Of a stretch of DNA of 64,000 bases, positions 61,934 to 64,000 are shown one piece after another. A model generated the notes under the pieces. That model did not search any database, was not told the DNA's origin, and saw only the letters and a list, made by a program, of their open reading frames with translations. The stretch comes from Lingula anatina (taxonomy: Eukaryota; Animalia; Brachiopoda), in NCBI GenBank assembly GCA_051362555.1, contig CM120640.1, positions 51,004,788 to 51,068,787 on the forward strand. Reading direction: 5' to 3'. Every line of letters starts with the position of its first letter. Positions within the stretch are counted from its first letter, which is position 1. The translations under genes were made by a program, and so were the position numbers.

Positions 61934-64000
61934 CTACCTTTGTTTGAAGATAATTTGTTATGACTTTATTGTGAAATGTATACATCACATGCCACTAATT
62001 AATATCTACATGTATATATATATTGTGTAAAACATGTAGTGTATAAATTTTAGGTGCAAGAGTTGAATGATGATGAACTGAACCTCAGCTGGATATGTAA
62101 AAGGGAAGAAATTCTCAAAGAAGTAAACAATAACTTGTTAGGAGAAAGAAAAATGTTGCAAGACGAAATGGTAAGGTTTAGAATATTTAGGACAAATTCA
62201 ACTGTTCGGACATAATACATACAGTACATACATATAGTTTCAAAAGTTGAAAAATCTACTTGTCAAGACATATATAGTAATCGAAATGTTATTTGACATA
62301 ATGGTGTGAACCTAACAGGAGGGTTAAATTTGAAGTATTACATTTAATACATTATTTGAAAACTTCTACAACCATGAAATAACAATGTAAACTGTCTATG
62401 GCTCTAATTTATAAGCACTCAAATAGCAGATTGAGTGATTAATTTGGAGTATCCCTTTTCATGTCTACTTAATATGAGTCACATCAGAAACTATAGTACG
62501 TGGAAGTGGTTTATATGCCTTATATGCTCCACCGATGCTGGGTACCGATGTACCTTTAATCAAGGATTTTTAACAATTACTTCTTGCTTTAATATTACCA
62601 GTATATCCCGATATAGTCTACCGGGGTACTTTGTTTTGCCACAAAATTACACACACACACAGCCACACATTTTTTTTTTCACAGAGTATACATCACACCT
62701 GATTTCTTTACCCTTCTTTAAAAATATTTCACATATATGCAACGAAAGGAAGTTTTACTCTCAAATATTTTTCTTTAAATCATCAATTTTCAGAGAAAGC
62801 TTCAAGTAAATATAGCTCATCTTCAGTCTGACTTTTGTTCTAAAGTTTGGGAATTTGGTCAAGAGTATGATCTTGTTGGAGATGGCAGGCAGAAGAGAGA
62901 AAAGATAGCAAGAGAAGAGTTCCAAGAGCTAAAAAAGAAAGAACACAAAATTATAAAGGGTATGTCATTTTTGTTTTTACAATAAATACTATTAAAATTT
63001 TTCAATCATTGATCTTAATGTAACAGACAAAAGTGTAAATTTAAAAAAAAATCAAAACAAAAGAGAATTTAGAAATGGAATCTTTACCTGTTCCATGTAT
63101 AAGACCATTAACCATTGGCAGTTAAATGTGTTTAAGCATTCAGTTTTCTCATATTTTATCTGATTGAATTAATTTACATAGAACTAGCATGTTTTCGAGC
63201 CCATCAAGAAAATGTAGACAAGTTGGAGATGGACAAGAAGACTTCTAAAATGGAACTACACAAACTAGAGCAGCAGTTAAAATGTAGGTCATCGAGATGT
63301 AACACATCAGAACTTTTAGCATGAAATCATACGAATTTTCAGTTAATCCAATGCATTTTTGTTTTTTGTTTATTACTAACTTATACATGAACATTTTCAT
63401 AGTTAATCTTGCACTGTCTTTTGCTAGTGATAGTTGAAGATGAATTGGTCCAGATGAAAAAACTGAAAGAGTTAGAGAAGGACAGAAATTTAATTTACCA
63501 GTTGCCTCAGACTGACTCAGAGTTTAAAAGGTAAGTTAAATATATATCATAGTATTTTGTTTTAAAAAATATTCTAAATCATTTTTAAGAAAGTTTGTAC
63601 AGGCAATGTAATTTTCAATTTAAACCATTTACAAGTATCTGAACTTTGTGGTTCTTCTTTTTCAGTTTACCACAATAATAATAATAATTAGAAAATAAAT
63701 AACCACTAGCAGTGTTTTACATCCATGCTTCAATATTGATATTAAGGTTACATGCAGAATTAGAAAGTGCAAGGGAGGACAAACTTGAATGCTTGTGCAA
63801 TGCACTTCAACAGGAGTTGCAAGAACTTCAGCAGCAGCAGTGGCAGAGGCAGTTACAGATGCAGAAGCTAAAACAACAACAAAATAGACAAAGACTAGCC
63901 TTAAAACCACAAGATAAATCATTTGTTGAACAAGTAAAGTCCAGAGCTCTTTCACATAAGTTACTATGTACAAGGAGCTTTTCCTTTGTTATGCATACCA
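60926..64000 (+). CDS. CCDC172: Coiled-coil domain-containing protein 172-like, 3'-partial
   Basis: Exons 60926-61010, 61755-61840, 62054-62170, 62794-62959, 63182-63283, 63428-63530, 63747->64000 join in frame. MAAALDDLFGQILISEQKAQE and LPQTDSEFKRLHAELESAREDKLECLCNALQQEL resemble the N- and C-terminal blocks of vertebrate CCDC172 as recalled. Confidence 0.8.
61309..61527 (-). mobile_element. Truncated Penelope-like retroelement (pLTR fragment with inverted duplication) with 15-bp TSD
   Basis: Direct repeat acattagactattga at 61294-61308 and 61528-61542. Internal inverted arms 61359-61396 and 61491-61528. A hammerhead motif lies between them. Confidence 0.7.
61402..61439 (-). ncRNA. Minimal type I hammerhead ribozyme motif (Penelope-associated type; core variant CCGAAGA)
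   Basis: Minus strand: AAUCC-CCGAAGA-A-GGCCC-AA-GGGCC-GAAA-GC-UC-GGAUU. Stem I is AAUCC/GGAUU, stem II is GGCCC/GGGCC, and stem III is the palindrome AGCU. Confidence 0.65.
61872..61932. repeat. (AT)n microsatellite after an A-run
   Basis: Perfect dinucleotide run in CCDC172 intron 2. Confidence 0.9.

Noticed and set aside
63666-63678. Acceptor at 63665 as the last CCDC172 exon
   Set aside because: It gives a stop after 3 codons. The acceptor at 63746 continues the conserved RLxxELE block, though alternative use cannot be excluded.

Overview
AT-rich, CpG-depleted, intron-rich animal genomic DNA, probably a marine invertebrate such as a mollusc (inferred). I reconstructed six protein-coding genes by hand from splice sites and reading frames: SLBP (+, 5' end outside the window), an RNF38/RNF44-type RING-H2 E3 (-), an intronless PNRC (+), WDR91 (-, 16 exons), a plant PIR/EDA18-like C3HC4 RING E3 (-) and CCDC172 (+, runs off the window end). 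RNF38/PNRC and RING/CCDC172 are head-to-head pairs. The main finding is a 537-aa orphan ORF inside an RNF38 intron. It ends in a splice donor in frame with the next RNF38 exon and lies just downstream of a dense cluster of Sox-type ACAAT motifs, suggesting a tissue-specific isoform that swaps the NLS/SIM-bearing N-terminus for a novel domain. Other highlights are a U12 AT-AC intron and a GC-AG intron in WDR91, a Penelope-like insertion with a minimal hammerhead ribozyme, a Helentron-type element carrying ten 146-bp units with DR1/RORE nuclear-receptor sites, nested and foldback MITEs, and a histone-stem-loop-like hairpin downstream of PNRC. All homology calls come from recalled family motifs; no database search was run.
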